Source: Basidiobolus meristosporus CBS 931.73 (Eukaryota; Fungi; Basidiobolomycota). From it: a DNA stretch of 64,000 nucleotides. The position numbers and the translations under genes are program-made. The stretch lies in contig MCFE01000309.1 in NCBI GenBank assembly GCA_002104905.1, positions 33,777-97,776 on the forward strand. The letters run 5' to 3'. Below the pieces are notes generated by a model. It was given only the letters and a program-made list of their open reading frames with translations. It was not told where the DNA came from and did no database searches. Shown here piece after piece: positions 12,563 through 26,100 of the stretch (positions within the stretch are counted from its first letter, which is position 1; each line of letters opens with the position of its first letter).

Positions 12563-14287
12563 ATGAGTCCATTGGAGTTAGGTGAGATAAAGAGATGAAT
12601 ACATCAGTTGTTGGAGCACAGAAATATCAGACCCAGCAAGTCATCTTGGGGAGCACCAGTGCTTTTTGTGAGAAGGAACAATGAAGCACTTAGGGTGTGC
12701 AGTTATTACAGAGCCCTTAACTCAGCTACCACAAAGAGTTAGTAGCCCATACTTTGGACTGATGGGCTCCTACACCAATTCAGTGAAGCCACCATATTCA
12801 GCAAGATTAACCTCATGTCAGGATATAGCCAGATTATAGTGAAACCAGAAAACATACCTAAGACAGCATACTGGACCAGATATGGACCTTACAAGTACCT
12901 GGTAATGAGTTTTGGCCTCACCAATGCCCCTGCAACATTCATGACCTTGATGTAAACCATTTTCCATGCATACATTGATACATTTGTGGTAATTTACCTT
13001 GATGACATATTGATATACAGCAAGACAGAACAGGACCACTTGGTGCACATTGAAAAGGTCTTAAAGAAGCTAAGAGAGAACAAATTGTATGGCAAGCTAT
13101 CAATATGCAAATTCTTGAAGGAACATGTTGAATACTTTGGACACAGGACTTGTTCCATTGGATAGTGCCACATTGAGCCATGCTTACCAAATGATGTCAA
13201 AGTGTGCCTAGGTGGCCAAGTGGACCTATACTAGGACACAGAGTGTGAAACATAGTTTTACACTGTCATGCCATGCAGCCCCTGCCTCTCACCCATTGTA
13301 TGGGAGAAAATCCATTTTTTGACCTTTTTTTTGGATGAATGTTGTACATAATGTGAAAGAGGACAGAAGGACTGAGACATGCATCTGGTGCTCAATATCC
13401 ATGGCACTCTGAATTTAGCTCCTGCGACTTGTCACATGTCACAAAATGCATGGCACTATCTTGGTCCACTGACACTATCTAACACTATATTTAAAATCAG
13501 CCCTGGAGTAAAACCTCTACAAAGCACATGTAAGCTAGTGAAAATATGCCCAAGTTGCCAAATCAACAAAGGCCTACCACAGAGAGCTGCTGAACTCTCT
13601 GCCTTGCAGCCTGTAAGACCACTTGAGAGGTGGGGAATGACTCTATTGAAAGACTACCGACCACTAGGAAATGCAATTGTTAGATTTTAGTGGCAATTGA
13701 CCATATCACCAATTGGCCAGTGGCTAAAGCTGTACCTGTAGCCAGTGAAAAAGAAGTTGCAAGCTTCATCCACCACAAAATTCTTACAAAGTTTGGATAA
13801 CCCTGTGGAGGTTTTGTCTGATAGAGGAGCAAACTTTATGGCAAAGACATTGGAAGTTTACCTTGAAATGTAACAGATGCTACACTTGAAGACCTTGGCA
13901 TATAACCCTAGAATTAATGGAGTAACTTAGCTGTTAATTGATTATTTGGGAAAATGCTGACCAAGTATGCAAATGGAGCTGTCTGCATATGAATGAGTAT
14001 ATAGACTGAGCACTTTCTTCCTGCAGAGTTAGAGGCACAACACCACCCAACAACTGCCATTTTACTCAGTGTATGAATGTGAACCAAGGATTCCACGGAA
14101 TCCCACACAACCCAAGCTTACAAACACCTTAGAAGATGAGCTCAGTCAGCCAAGCGGACACCAGCAGCTGGAACAAAGATGCAAAAAGGCACTGGTCAAA
14201 GTATCTCAAAGTGCAGAAGAGATGAAGCAGAGATTTGATAAGACTATATCACCAGAAACATTGACAGTTGGAAGCTTTGTATTAATT
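12563..14287 (+). pseudogene. pol: Family B RT and integrase remnants (B1 continued)
   Basis: Resumes exactly at the CACTA insertion point; RT matches the B copy at 40284-40868; integrase matches 38635-39225. Confidence 0.75.
13146..13490. mobile_element. Truncated PHIS-family MITE (one arm)
   Basis: GGACTTGTTCCATTGGATAGTGCCACATTGAGCC end; colinear with the MITE at 47879-48611; right boundary approximate. Confidence 0.75.
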
Positions 14288-14712
14288 GGGGAGAATGTTA
14301 TGATCTGATGCTTGAATGTTTAAGTTAGATCAGTTTTTAGTCAATTCAATTAGACGTATGTCTAACCTATCTGTATAACAGTGTTATCTATCAGATCAGT
14401 GGTATCAGTCAGCAGATGAATCAGCATATCCTTATCAGATAGAAATAAATGTATTGAGTAGCATCTGATTGTGTGACAATGATGCAATCAAAGGGGTCAT
14501 TAGCCACAACCTACATTAGGAAATAAAATAGACTTGTTCCGTTGGATAGTGCCACATAGTGCCAGCCTGTTTATGGTGCCGGATTGATCTGGCACTCTAT
14601 GGCACTATCTGGCACTATAATTTCTACCATGATGCCTGTGGTATGATACAGTTACTGGTAATTTTACTCAATCTTACTTATGTTGCTCAGAATAGTGCTT
14701 TCCTTGCTTTAT

Positions 14713-15363
14713 TTACTCTTCATAATGCTCCAGACACATTTCTCTCAGTGGATGTCTTCTTGTATGAACATACTGTGCATTGATAAGTATCTTAACTATT
14801 TTACCTATTCTGCTGTTTTCTCCTATATATGACTTTCCTCTGTATTTACCTACCAATATGCTGAATCTCTTCAGATATCCAAATGTGTGCTCTACCCTTA
14901 CACTGAAATGATTAGATATCTCATTGTAGAGCTTCTGCTTCCTGCTAAGTACACCATTCCTTGGCTTCCTATAAGCTGTAATACATCCTAATCTCTGACA
15001 ATCCTCTCCTATATAAGCTAAGTCTACCATACATTTCTCCCCTCTACTGAATTCAGGATGATTCTCTACCCAGAGTGCTTTGTCATGCCTACTTCCAGCA
15101 AATGGCCCACTAAACCAGATGATGTTACCCTCAATGTCAGACAGTGCTTGAAACTTCACACAGTGTGCCTTGTACTTGCCAGAATAAAAGTGCCTCAGCC
15201 CTCTAGAAGGTCTGTTAATCCTCACTGGGAAGGTATCCAAAATACTCCTGATATGGAACCTGTTGCTGAACACTCTGGGATATGGAAGTCTATTGGAGCT
15301 TCTGAACCTAGTATGCCAAGCTTGCTCTAAGTCATTCATACCCTCTGCAAGGTGGTTCTCCAT
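14713..15363 (-). CDS. DDE transposase (DDE_Tnp_4/Harbinger-like); frame stays open upstream to ~15610
   Basis: Motifs ILDTFPV, FSGPFAGSRHD, MVDLAY, RVEHTFGYLKRFSIL; true start may lie upstream or in another exon. Confidence 0.85.
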   Translation of the reverse strand: MENHLAEGMNDLEQAWHTRFRSSNRLPYPRVFSNRFHIRSILDTFPVRINRPSRGLRHFYSGKYKAHCVKFQALSDIEGNIIWFSGPFAGSRHDKALWVENHPEFSRGEKCMVDLAYIGEDCQRLGCITAYRKPRNGVLSRKQKLYNEISNHFSVRVEHTFGYLKRFSILVGKYRGKSYIGENSRIGKIVKILINAQYVHTRRHPLREMCLEHYEE

Positions 15364-15956
15364 TGCTGTCAGCAGGGAATGAAAGCTTCTAGGGCTTTTG
15401 TTGCCATGGATGGTGGGATGAAACCTTGTAGGGCAATAGTTCTTGTAATAGCAGAGAAGCTTGACAAGGGATCTCCTTGAGTAGATTGGGGTTGATGGTC
15501 CACAGTACTTGGAATAGATCTCCTCTAGTGTGTCAAAAGGAAATCCAGTGGTAGTGATGGGATTGATGAGAAAAGACCATTCAGATGAGTAAGATATATT
15601 AAAATTGGTGGATGATTGTATTAAAGCAGTTTGAATCGATTTGGCGCAATCCGCCTTATTTATCTGACTTTTAATACATTATGGTTAAATCTCCATCAAT
15701 TGCCATGTATCCCATCATTATGTTGCAAAAATCATCTGCAAACAATGCCTTGGTACTTTTATTGATGCTTTAATCATAGGTCTATAATCAAATAGGAAAT
15801 CTGCGATTGATGTGATCTGATCCGTGTCAATGCGATACAAGATGCATCATGCATAATATATGGAAAATTCAACAATCACATTAGTTTTCATATATATTTC
15901 ATATAAGACCAAGTTGATGCCAATATACTGCTGTATAAGTATCCAAATTTGTTGCT

Positions 15957-17204
15957 ATGGTCCCCATACCAAGCCTCAACTCATCTTTAGTACAACCCAG
16001 ACAAAACCCATCCCCCAGCTCACAAGCACAGTCCGGACCGGGAAAGTCAATGTTGGATCCATTCAAGTTCTTGCCAAATGATTTTAGTATGGCCCAAGTG
16101 TCTATGATGAGCCTTCATACAGATATTTGGGCACTACTGATTAATCTAGCAGAACTAAATACCTCAGAGAGTCAACAAAGATGGAAGAATTTGGGTAGAA
16201 AGCTGTGGCATGAGTTCTACATCAAGATGCCAGCCAATGTATGTAAAAAGATATATAACAAGACAAGTATTGAAATCAAGAATGAGCTGAAAGTGAGGGG
16301 ATTTGACAAAGAAGCCGCGCGGGAGCAATTTTGCGCGCAATTTGCACAGTACGGGCCGGACACGTCCGTTTGTGCCTCAACTTTGGGAACCAAAGAGATT
16401 TTGAATGAGTTTTTGCCTCAAATGACTAATGTACTACATGATATATTAGTAGAGCTAAGTGGCTTCTGAGAGCAATATACACAGGACTCATCCAGGCAAC
16501 AGCTCCAAAGTATCAGACAGAGGGTAAGTGAATACCTTGAGGAATCAGATGGTGAGCCTCAGGAGGAAGAATACAGACCGCAAGCAACTTCATCCAGATT
16601 GCACCAGCATGCCTTGCTGGATTCCCTACCATCTCTTGCAACCACAGCGCGCTGGCGCACATCAGTCCAGAGTACACCAACACCCTTTACCAGAACGCCC
16701 CGCATCAAGTCAACGCGTGTCGGGTCAATGCACACGCTTCAGAGCAAAACTATGAGAACTCGCCAAACTGCTCATTTAGACACAAGTCCATTGGAGCGGA
16801 CCGAGTCACGTCAACTTGCAGCATCACATCAAACTCAGCCAAGGGCCATCTCAATGCGTCAAGGCGCACCTGCGCGTGCTGTTTTGCCTGACCATCAGCA
16901 AGTTACTTCTGGTGAACTGACTGATGATGACCAACATGAAGTGCCTCAACCACTGGAGCCCTTGGCAAGTAAAAGAACATGTCAGCGCGTGGCACTACAG
17001 GCCGGTTCAGTCGGTTCAGTTGGAGCAATTCAGCGCGGCCAAGCTGTAGCATTGCACTCATCAACTAGGAGGCAAAATACTGACAACAAATACACTAGTA
17101 GCCAAGATGATAGTCAGCCAGGAAGTAGTATAGATGTGCAAAGTGAGTCACTACCAAATGCTTCAGTAGTAATCCCTGTGAGAAAAAAACCCAGGAGAAG
17201 ATGA
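15957..17204 (+). CDS. PHIS partner gene: Myb/SANT-trihelix-like N-part and low-complexity C-part (ORFs 15957-16469 and 16599-17204, possibly spliced)
   Basis: IWALLINL...RWKNLGRKLWHEFYIKMPANVCKKIYN pattern; C-terminal RKKPRRR basic cluster; located inside the TIRs; exon structure unresolved. Confidence 0.6.
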
Positions 17205-18083
17205 TGCGATTGCTTTGAATTGCTCACATTTGTAATGATCCCAACAACCCTTTTTTTTTGCGATCCAAATCAAGCCATTGCAAATCAGTGATCATCAAAT
17301 TTTTGATATAAGTAATATCATGGTCGTCTCACATTTGAGACAGAACCCCTATAAATAAACACCCTGCATATATATACGTCATCTGTAAAACCAGTGCAGC
17401 TATTGGATCTGTTTTGCACCTACACAATTGTTCACATGCTGGCTATGACACCTTGTCCAATCACTAGAATCAGGGATTTACTTGCTCAATGAGCAAAATG
17501 GGATATTTGATAGCAAATCAGGTAGCTTTTTTAGTAGTCAATGAGCCAATTGGGGCTGCCAGCTTCAGGATACTTTTGGACCAATTAACCACTGAGATAC
17601 CGTCCAATTGGAGTGAGGGTAACCAAAATGGTAAGTATTAGTGTAGTTTATAGTGTGATACACATTTATTTCCATTTACATTAAAGAAAAATATCCAAAT
17701 ACCGGATTTTACCTGCCATAATGGCGGTATCCAATTGCGCACGTGATGCAAACATTACGAGTTGGCGCAATCATCCGTTCCAACCTCATTGTGTCAGATT
17801 GTGTCATAGTGTGCGAGATCGTCCCGCATAGTGCAAAATCGTCCAAGAACAATCCTTCCTTCTGGTAGCTATAATATTGCGCCCAATTGTTTTTTACAAC
17901 CGCGGATTGAGCCGCACACCCTGGCACTGTACAATGGAACAAGTCTAATTACTCAGCAATTGATCTGGCAAAATGTATGTAAGGAGCTGATGGAACCTCA
18001 ATAAAAATCAATTCAGGTTATAGGTATACAATGCTAGCTAAATTTGCTATTCCTCTACAACTCTTATACCAAGACTTGTAACT

Positions 18084-19107
18084 CAGTCATCCAAACCCAA
18101 ATTTTAAGTTCACCTCAAATGATTGCATTGTCATAGCCAAGCTTGCAAATGGCTCCAAATACAGTCAGACCAGCAGCTTGAAGTTTCTTAAGAACCCTTT
18201 CAACAGTTCATATGTATTCATAAATATATCTTCCTCCTTGAGGTAAGATGTGCAATTTATCTTTTCTCTGGACTTATTCTTAAGAGTATGTCATTAAGAA
18301 ATTGCTGACATATTTCAGAAAAACAGTCATACAAAACTCAAATCATTGTACATTGATAATTTTGCACAGAGTTAGTCCATCCTTGAGGAATGTTTGTCAT
18401 CCTTATGAGTCCCATTGCTGTAACCATAGCAGTGAAATGTCATGAGTCAGGATCCATTGGTGTCTGGTCATATTCCAGATGCTAATCCAATGTTGTAATC
18501 AGAGAATATGCAGTAAATGACCCATTATACTAATGATTTATGGGTAGTGCATTGCCTCTTTGATGGTGACCTTATTCAAAAGTTGTGTGTCTTGAATAAC
18601 TGTAGATGTTCATTTTTCTTCAATGGTGTGAGCTGGGGATTACAATAATATCTGTAGCTGTATTTAATGAGTGTACTTTGAGATCTTGATTGTATTGTTT
18701 CCATCACTTTGCTCAGTAATCTTGAGGGAATATGATTTGATCAGTATGCCCCCAGTGTGTGCTCAATGGTATGGATATTGACCAGTGGAAATAGCTCTGA
18801 AGATAACCATTCACCTTGTGCATCATTTAATGCAATGACATTGGCATAGCATTGTAGTAAAGTAAAAAAGAGACTTCTCTCCTCTATGGCTAAAATAGTT
18901 TAATAGTAAATTCCTGGAGCTTCTCTTCTGTAAATCAGGCTTCTTCATATTGGTGCAAAGACCTCATTGGAGGTGTATCTTGAGCAGATGATGAGATGCT
19001 AGTACACACTGGCTTTGCCTTCAATGTAACTGGCTGATACTTGGTATTTGTCTTACTGTTGTTGATGGGATGAATTGCTGATCCTAATACAAAATAACCT
19101 AATAGAC
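18084..19107 (-). pseudogene. Old family A RT remnant
   Basis: Colinear with ~59510-60510; continues at 30381 across the nested A2 element. Confidence 0.8.
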
Positions 19108-22100
19108 TGCGGTAGTGGAAAGTATTCTTTTAGTGCAATATCTCATAACCAATGTTGCACTCATTTTGTTGCTTTGCTTTTGCTATTGTAACAAATAAAT
19201 TGAAGATCAAGATATCCCAACTTTGAAGGGCAAAAGCTCAAGACCCTAACAAGCAATCCACCCAGTACTACTATGTTGTGCAGAACACCAAGTAGCCAGT
19301 ACAGAATTTGAATAATAGCTCATCTGAAGCTGTACTCAAGGAGTTATGATCAAAAAAGTCCAATAACCATACATATTAGGCCTCTGTTGCTAGGATTACC
19401 ATGGTGTCTTCAGTTGCATGTAACTTTTGAACCAGCTCATCAAATCAAGTGATTTTCTCACAGATGCTGTGCCTATGTCTGATATGTATTGCTTGTGCAA
19501 TTGCCCAAAAGCTTTGATCATTCAGAATTTCATATATATATGACTTCCCCAGCTGAAAAATAAAGTGAGCCTCTCTTTCCAGAATCTCCACACTACAATT
19601 ACAAGCCTAAAGGTTATAAGACTTACCCTGCATCACTTATACTTTTGAGTATTCTGACTTTCATTGGTACTACATTAGTGATGAGACTGCAAAGCTCACA
19701 AGAATCTAATCTTAGTTCTACATGAAAGCTGCCACTTTCTGTTAGAAAAGTCCCCTTAAGCAACCCCTTTACTTTAAAGACACCCCTTTAGTCTAAAGAC
19801 CTCTTTAGAGACCCATTTAGGAAATCTCCCTACTCTAAAAAAGCCCACTTAAGAGACCACTGTAATAAACCTGTTTACTCTAAGGACACCCCTTTAGACA
19901 CCCCTTCAGGCTAAAGAACCCTTGAGAGACCCATTTGGGAAATCCCTCTACTCTAAAAAGCCCCTTTAGACACCTCTTAAGGCTAAAGGGGTGCTTAGAG
20001 CTTCCATAGCAGGATATATCTTTTCCAAAAGGAAAGTGACTTCCAAATAAGGAAAAGCTTTTATAAATATAAAAAATCCTAACAGTTAACAGAAGGTCAG
20101 AACACTGCTGCCAAAGTGAGAAACACTGCCTACATTAAATTTTGAGCTTGATATTGAGGATATTTGTGACAGCTATATCATTGATTGATATATCAAACTC
20201 CCAATAAACCATTTCAGTATTAGCATACTGGATGCTGTTCTATAGTGTTGATTAGTCTCTACATTGTAGAACAAGCCCCAAACTAATCATAATACAACAG
20301 AACATGAATTTGGTGGAGGAACTGGGTAGTTTGAACCTTTCATTTTACAAGCATCTGGGAACCTTACAAGAATGACCAATACACAACTCCCAGAGTTGAT
20401 AGCCACCTTTAAAGATGCTATTCCTGCAAGATTCTTAGGAAGAAATGTCACTCAGCCTCTAGAACAGTTTAAAAATATAGCCGCAGCAATTATACTTTAA
20501 CATAAGGACAAAATCAAGCTGTTTACATTTCTCTGTGAAGTTGAGATATCATCATTCTTACAAGGTTTGGATTTATTTAGGATGTTTGCTGGTGTTAACT
20601 ATAACTAGACACTGCTCAACAAGTTATATAGCTGAGTACCAAAAAGAAGCACAGTTTTTTACACTAGATGAGCTACAAATGCCTAGCAACAAGACCCAAC
20701 CCTGACAAAAGTATATTGAAAAGTTTGAGTCAAAAGCAAGGCATGCTGAAGGAGCTGTTGGAACTCCAAGATTTTATCAACAAAAATATTTTCTGATGAA
20801 TATGCCTCCTGATATACATACTACAATAAGCACCAAGTTCAGGCTACAAGCTCCTAGAACTATGTTAAACAAATGGTGTTAAACTATCAATCAGGAAGAC
20901 AAGTCATGCACTATATTAACAGTCAAATGATGCTTTCCACCCCAGCTAACCAAATTCTTCATTGTACAAAGAGCCCATAAAGTGTTCAGGTCAATGAATT
21001 AATTGATGCATTAGAAAAACTGAAGCTTAAGTAGGACTCTCAAAGTGTATTATCATCAAGCTTCCACAAAGCAAGACCAGAAAATCCCAAAACAACCAGT
21101 ATCTATTCACGGCAAGCTAAGTATTGTTCTTACAGCAAATCAGCTGAGCGCAGCCATCAGGGTTGTCAAATATTGAATAAAAATATTAACATTCACAAGG
21201 TTATGAATGATGATATGAGAAAATCAAATTGTCATTGACAGAAGTTGATGGGAATATGAGAACTGCTACAGGTACAACAGAAAAGATGCTTGGACTTTGT
21301 CACTTAATACCAAATAAAACTGGGGAAATCAGGGTTACTTCTCCCTTTTTATTGCTCCCAATGAGCCAACTTTTAAGGTATTCTTTGGACAACTATATGA
21401 GAGAAAATCTCCTCTACAAGCTGATAGCAGACCTTATAGGAGCCTATTGCTGACTATCACATCTGACAATTGAAAAAGAAGGGCAACCATATGTACAGCT
21501 GAAGAGAATAATCCAGGATATGTAGACTCAATTCCAGTACAAACAAGTTCATAAGGATATTTTGTTTTCTGATCAACACATCATCCCATTGTCAACAAGT
21601 AAGCCAAATATCAAGTTTAAGTCAGTTGCACTGAAGGCAAAGGCCAGTATCTACTGGAATTTCACCACCTACCCACAAGAGTCCTCAAATGAAGCTTTCC
21701 ATAAATATTAAAAAATCAGACTCAAAGAAGAGAAGTTCCAGGAGTGAGCTATTGTAACTACTGTTACCACAGAGGAGAAAAGTTTCTTTTTACCTATGCA
21801 ACAATGCTATGACAATATCCTGGTATTTAATGATACACAATGAAGATTCTTATCCACAGAGCTATTTTCACTAGTTAAGATACAAGCCATTGAGCCTACA
21901 CCATAGGCTTTTGGATCATATCCTATTCTCTCACAATTACTCAGCAAAGTAGCTGAGATGCTACAATCATGATTTAAAAGTGGAGTAACTGACTGTAGCT
22001 TTGGACCATATTGTAATCTCTGGATAATACTGTTGAAGAAAAATGAAAGTGTACAGCTTATTCAAGACATATAGTTTTGAATATGGTCACCATCAAAGAT

Positions 22101-22742
22101 GCTATGCAACCTCCTATACAACCTGAATATATTGATTCACTTACTGGATATCCTCTGATAACAACATTAAATCTTTATTTACAATATGACAAACAACTTC
22201 TGGATCCCAACTCTAAAGATTTTACTGCTATGGATTCACCAATAGGGCTCATAAGGATGACAAACATTCCTCAAGGATGGACTACCTCTGTGCAATGATT
22301 TGGGTTTTGGATGAGTGTTTCTCTGAAATATGTGAGCAATTTGTTGATGACATTACAGCTCAGAATATGTCCAGAGAAAAAGATAAACTGCACATCTTAC
22401 CCCTAGTAGGAAGATATATTTATGAATACATATGGACTGTTGAAAGGGTCATTAAGAAGCTTCAAGCTGCTGGTCTGACTGTATGTGGAGCCATATGCAA
22501 GTTTGGCTGTGACAATGCAATCATTTGAGATGAACTTGTTACTGAAAAAGGGAGATTGCCTAATCCTGCAAAACTTTCCCAGGCACTAAACTGGAAGTTA
22601 ACAAGCAATACTCATGAAGTCAGACCACTATTGTAACTTACTAGTATCTCAAGAATCTGGATCAAAACCTATGCTCAAATTGCTAGGCCACTGACTTAAC
22701 TATTACAGAAAATCAGAAATTAGAGTGGTATGAAGAACAGGC

Positions 22743-23111
22743 TGTTGCAATTTAAGAAGTGATTTGGATATAAGGAACTTATCAAGAAATAGTGATAATA
22801 GTTGAACTGTTGTTTATTCATAAAGAAGCTCAGTATTTATACCTTTGTAGAAGTAATACAGCTGCAACACTAAGTAGGGAGGGTTTCTCAATATTTAAGA
22901 GCATTCTGTAACAGTTTCAGGGTTAGTACATAATGTTTGGTAATAGTGCTAATTTGATCCTGACTATAGGGGAATAATCATAAGATCATATATCTGGAGA
23001 AAGTGGCAAAGTTAAGGCAGTAAATGAGTCCTACAGTGACTAAGACTAGCCTAGAATTGTTAAGTAAATTTTTAGCTGCTGAATGATACCAAATAGTCCA
23101 ATATTTCAACA
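22743..23111 (-). repeat. Copia-1 3' LTR
   Basis: Direct repeat of 27060-27428; adjacent PPT GTTGAGGGGGAG at 23112-23123 (minus). Confidence 0.96.
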
Positions 23112-26100
23112 CTCCCCCTCAACTAAATAATTTCTTAATCCCAATTTCTCTCTAAGGATCTCAAACTGTGGCCTAGCTAGTGGTTTTGTCAATATGTCTG
23201 CCACCATTTTGTCAGTTGGGCAGTAAACCAGCTCCACTAAGTTATTTTCTACAGCTTCCCTCACAAAGTGATGCTGTATATCAATGTGCTTATTTCTGGC
23301 ATGATTAGTAGGATTTCTAGCTAATGAAATACAACTTTGATTATCCTTGTAAATACATGTTGGTTCACCTGAATTAAAACCTAAGTCTTTGAATAATTTT
23401 CGTAGCCATATAGCCTCCTTAGTTGCTTGACATGCAGCCATATATTTGGCTTCAGTTGTAGATAGTGCCACAGTTGGTTGTTTCTTGCAATTCCAAGTAA
23501 TAGCTGCACCAGCATAAAGAAATACATAGCCTGTGGTAGAGCGTCTGTCAATCAAATCCCTACCCCAATCTGAATCACTATAACCATCAAATTTTCGCCT
23601 ATTTGCTGCTCCAGAGTATTCCAGTACCATATTTATGGTACCTTGTAGATATCTGAAAATCCGCTTAACTGCTGCAATTTGATCTGATCCATAATTCTGC
23701 ATGAATTGACTGACTATTCCAACAGCTACTGCAATATCTGGACGTGTAGACACCATCAAGTACATTAGGCTACCAACCATTGATTGATAGGGAAAGTTTT
23801 GGTCCATATTTGAGCCGTTTTCATCTATAACTGGCTGAGATTTGCTTAATTTCAGGTTATTGTCCATAGGGGTTGCTGCAGGCTTGCAATTTTCCATTTT
23901 GAAGCGTCTAAGAATGTCCCTGATGTACTTAGACTGATTCAGCACAATTTTCTGTGTAGGTATGTCAAATTTGACCTCGATTCCAAGAAAATAGCTCAAT
24001 TTTCCAAGATCTTTCATCTCAAACTTGCTGAAGAGATCTGATTTCGTCTGTTTAAGTGCCTCTTGATCACTTGTAGCTATAATTAGGTTGTCCACATAAA
24101 GAACTAGGATGATCACACCCTTTTTGAGCTTTTTCACATATATACTGTGATCTGCAGTGCTACGAGATAACCCAATTTCTTCTAGATATGTGTCAATCTT
24201 GTTATACCATGCTCTGGGTGCCTGCTTAAGCCCATACAACAATTTTCTAAGTTTGCACACCTTATAGGGGCTTTTTGGATCAGTAAAACCTTCTGGTTGC
24301 TCCATATATATAGTTTCTTGCAAATCCCCATTTAGAAAGGCTGTTTTGACGTCCATTTGGTGTAGATCTAGACTGTGTACAGCTGCCAGGGCTAGAACTG
24401 TCCTAATAGAGTTAAACTTGGCAACCGGAGCAAATGTTTCCTTAAAGTCTAGTCCCTGGATCTGGGAATAGCCTTTAGCTACCAATCTAGCCTTGTACTT
24501 ATCAACGGCACCATTTGAGGTTATCTTGATCTTGTAGACCCATCTACATCCTATTGGCTTTCTCCCATTTGGTAAATCTACCAGTTCCCACGTTTTTGCC
24601 TTGATCAGTGATTGGTACTCCTCCTGCATGGCTTGTTGCCACTTAGTAGCATCTGGACCTTGCATTGCCTGTTCCAGATTCTGAGGTTCAGCACATAAGG
24701 CAAGATAAGCTTCTTCATGATCATTGGATGTCTGCCACCAGGATCTAGGGGCATTTCTTATTCTGGTAGATCTCCTAACTGGGATAATCTGTTCTGATCT
24801 GGAACTGGTAGAAGTATCTTCCATCTCTGGCTGGATTTGGTACGTATCTTCTTCATTTGTGTTGATTGCATCATCAGGCAGCTGGCCAATGATTTCTGTG
24901 GCTTTCTGATCTGAATTTTCCTCAAATACAACGTCCCTGCTCTTGATCAGCTTCTGAATTTCGCCATCATACACTCTATACCCTTTAGTATCTTCACAAT
25001 ACCCAAGAAAGATCCCTTTTCTACTATTTGGTTCCAACTTTGAGCGTTTTTTGTCAGGGATGTGATAAAAAACATCACTGCCAAAGATCCTGAGGTGCTG
25101 GAGATCTGGTTTTTTGCCTGTATATGCTTCAAAGGGTGTAGAATCATGTAGTGCTGTTATTGGGCATCTGTTCTTGATGTATACAGTGGTAGCAACAGAT
25201 TCAGCCCAAAACTTGTAGTCCATTCCCTTATCATGTAGCATAGATCTTCCCATCTCTACTATTGTTCTGTTTGCACATTCTGCTACTCCATTTTGCTGTG
25301 GAGTATGAGGAACTGTGGTCTGTTGAAGTATACCAGTAGACAAGCAGTATTTTGCAAACTCCTTTGAGCAGTATTCTCCTCCATTGTCACTTCGTAGTAC
25401 CTTCAATTTACACCCAGTTTGTGTTTCTGCCATGTTCTTGAAGTGCCTAAACGTCTCTAAAGCTTCATCCTTTGTTTTGAGGAAGTACACCCATGTATAT
25501 CTTGTCTTGTCATCAATAAACGTCATAAAGTATCTCTTGGCTCCAAAGGACAGTGTTCTCATGGGGCCACATATGTCTGAGTGTACAATAGCCAATATTT
25601 TGATGGTATTGATGCCTTCTGAGCTCTTGAAACGTTGCCTAGCTTGTTTGCCATATGAACATCCCTTACAAACATTCAATTTGATCGGAATTGAGTATTT
25701 TAGGCCCAAAACAAGCTGATTTTTCACCAATTGGTTCATTTTCTGTTCCCCTATGTGTCCTAGCCTCCTATGCCACGTCTCCCAGTTGGTTTCATCAGTT
25801 TCAGCAATGTTGACATACTCAGGTACAATGATCTTGCATTGTAACTTGTATATATTGTGATCTCTGATTCCCGAAGCTAATTTTTGTCCATTTTCACTCA
25901 ATATTGAGCAGCTCAGCTTAGTAAAAACGAATTTCAGTCCCTGAGTAGTTGCTTTACTGACTGAGAGTAGGTTCTTAGCTATTCCAGGTACATAGAGTAC
26001 GTCAGTCAGTTTTGCTGTTGTTGCCCCTGAGTTATCACTCATATTTAGTTGTATAGACCCACTGGCGGTAGCTTCCAATGCAGAGTTATCTCCCAGATAA

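Larger units (their letters stand above)
14530..17946. mobile_element. Autonomous-type PIF/Harbinger-superfamily (PHIS, Pangu-like) DNA transposon, 3417 bp
   Basis: TIRs AGACTTGTTCC / GGAACAAGTCT; AAT at 14527-14529 and 17947-17949; two divergent genes; subterminal TGGCACT repeats. Confidence 0.88.
724..18083 (+). mobile_element. Ty3/Gypsy family B element B1, degraded, hosting nested insertions
   Basis: Related LTRs at 724-1090 and 14296-18083 (split); CAGT at 720-723 and 18084-18087 (4-bp TSD); PBS TGGTAGCAGC at ~1092; PPT GGGGAGAA at 14288-14295; gag, PR, RT and IN remnants. Confidence 0.8.
14296..18083 (+). repeat. Family B 3' LTR split by the PHIS element
   Basis: TGTTATGATC start after the PPT; halves 14296-14529 and 17947-18083 rejoin into a B LTR. 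Confidence 0.85.

Noticed and set aside
14713-15363. Bacterial IS5-family insertion or contamination
   Set aside because: It sits with a TSD inside a eukaryotic LTR, has a Myb-like partner and MITE derivatives, and is CpG-free like the host DNA
18095-18330. Apparent re-duplication of A RT sequence already present at ~505-723
   Set aside because: Cannot distinguish a local tandem duplication from a separate old copy by eye; it slightly weakens, but does not remove, the CAGT TSD call
23106-23111. Copia ORF terminating inside the 3' LTR
   Set aside because: Common in copia elements (PPT encodes EGEC, TGTTGA supplies the stop); not novel
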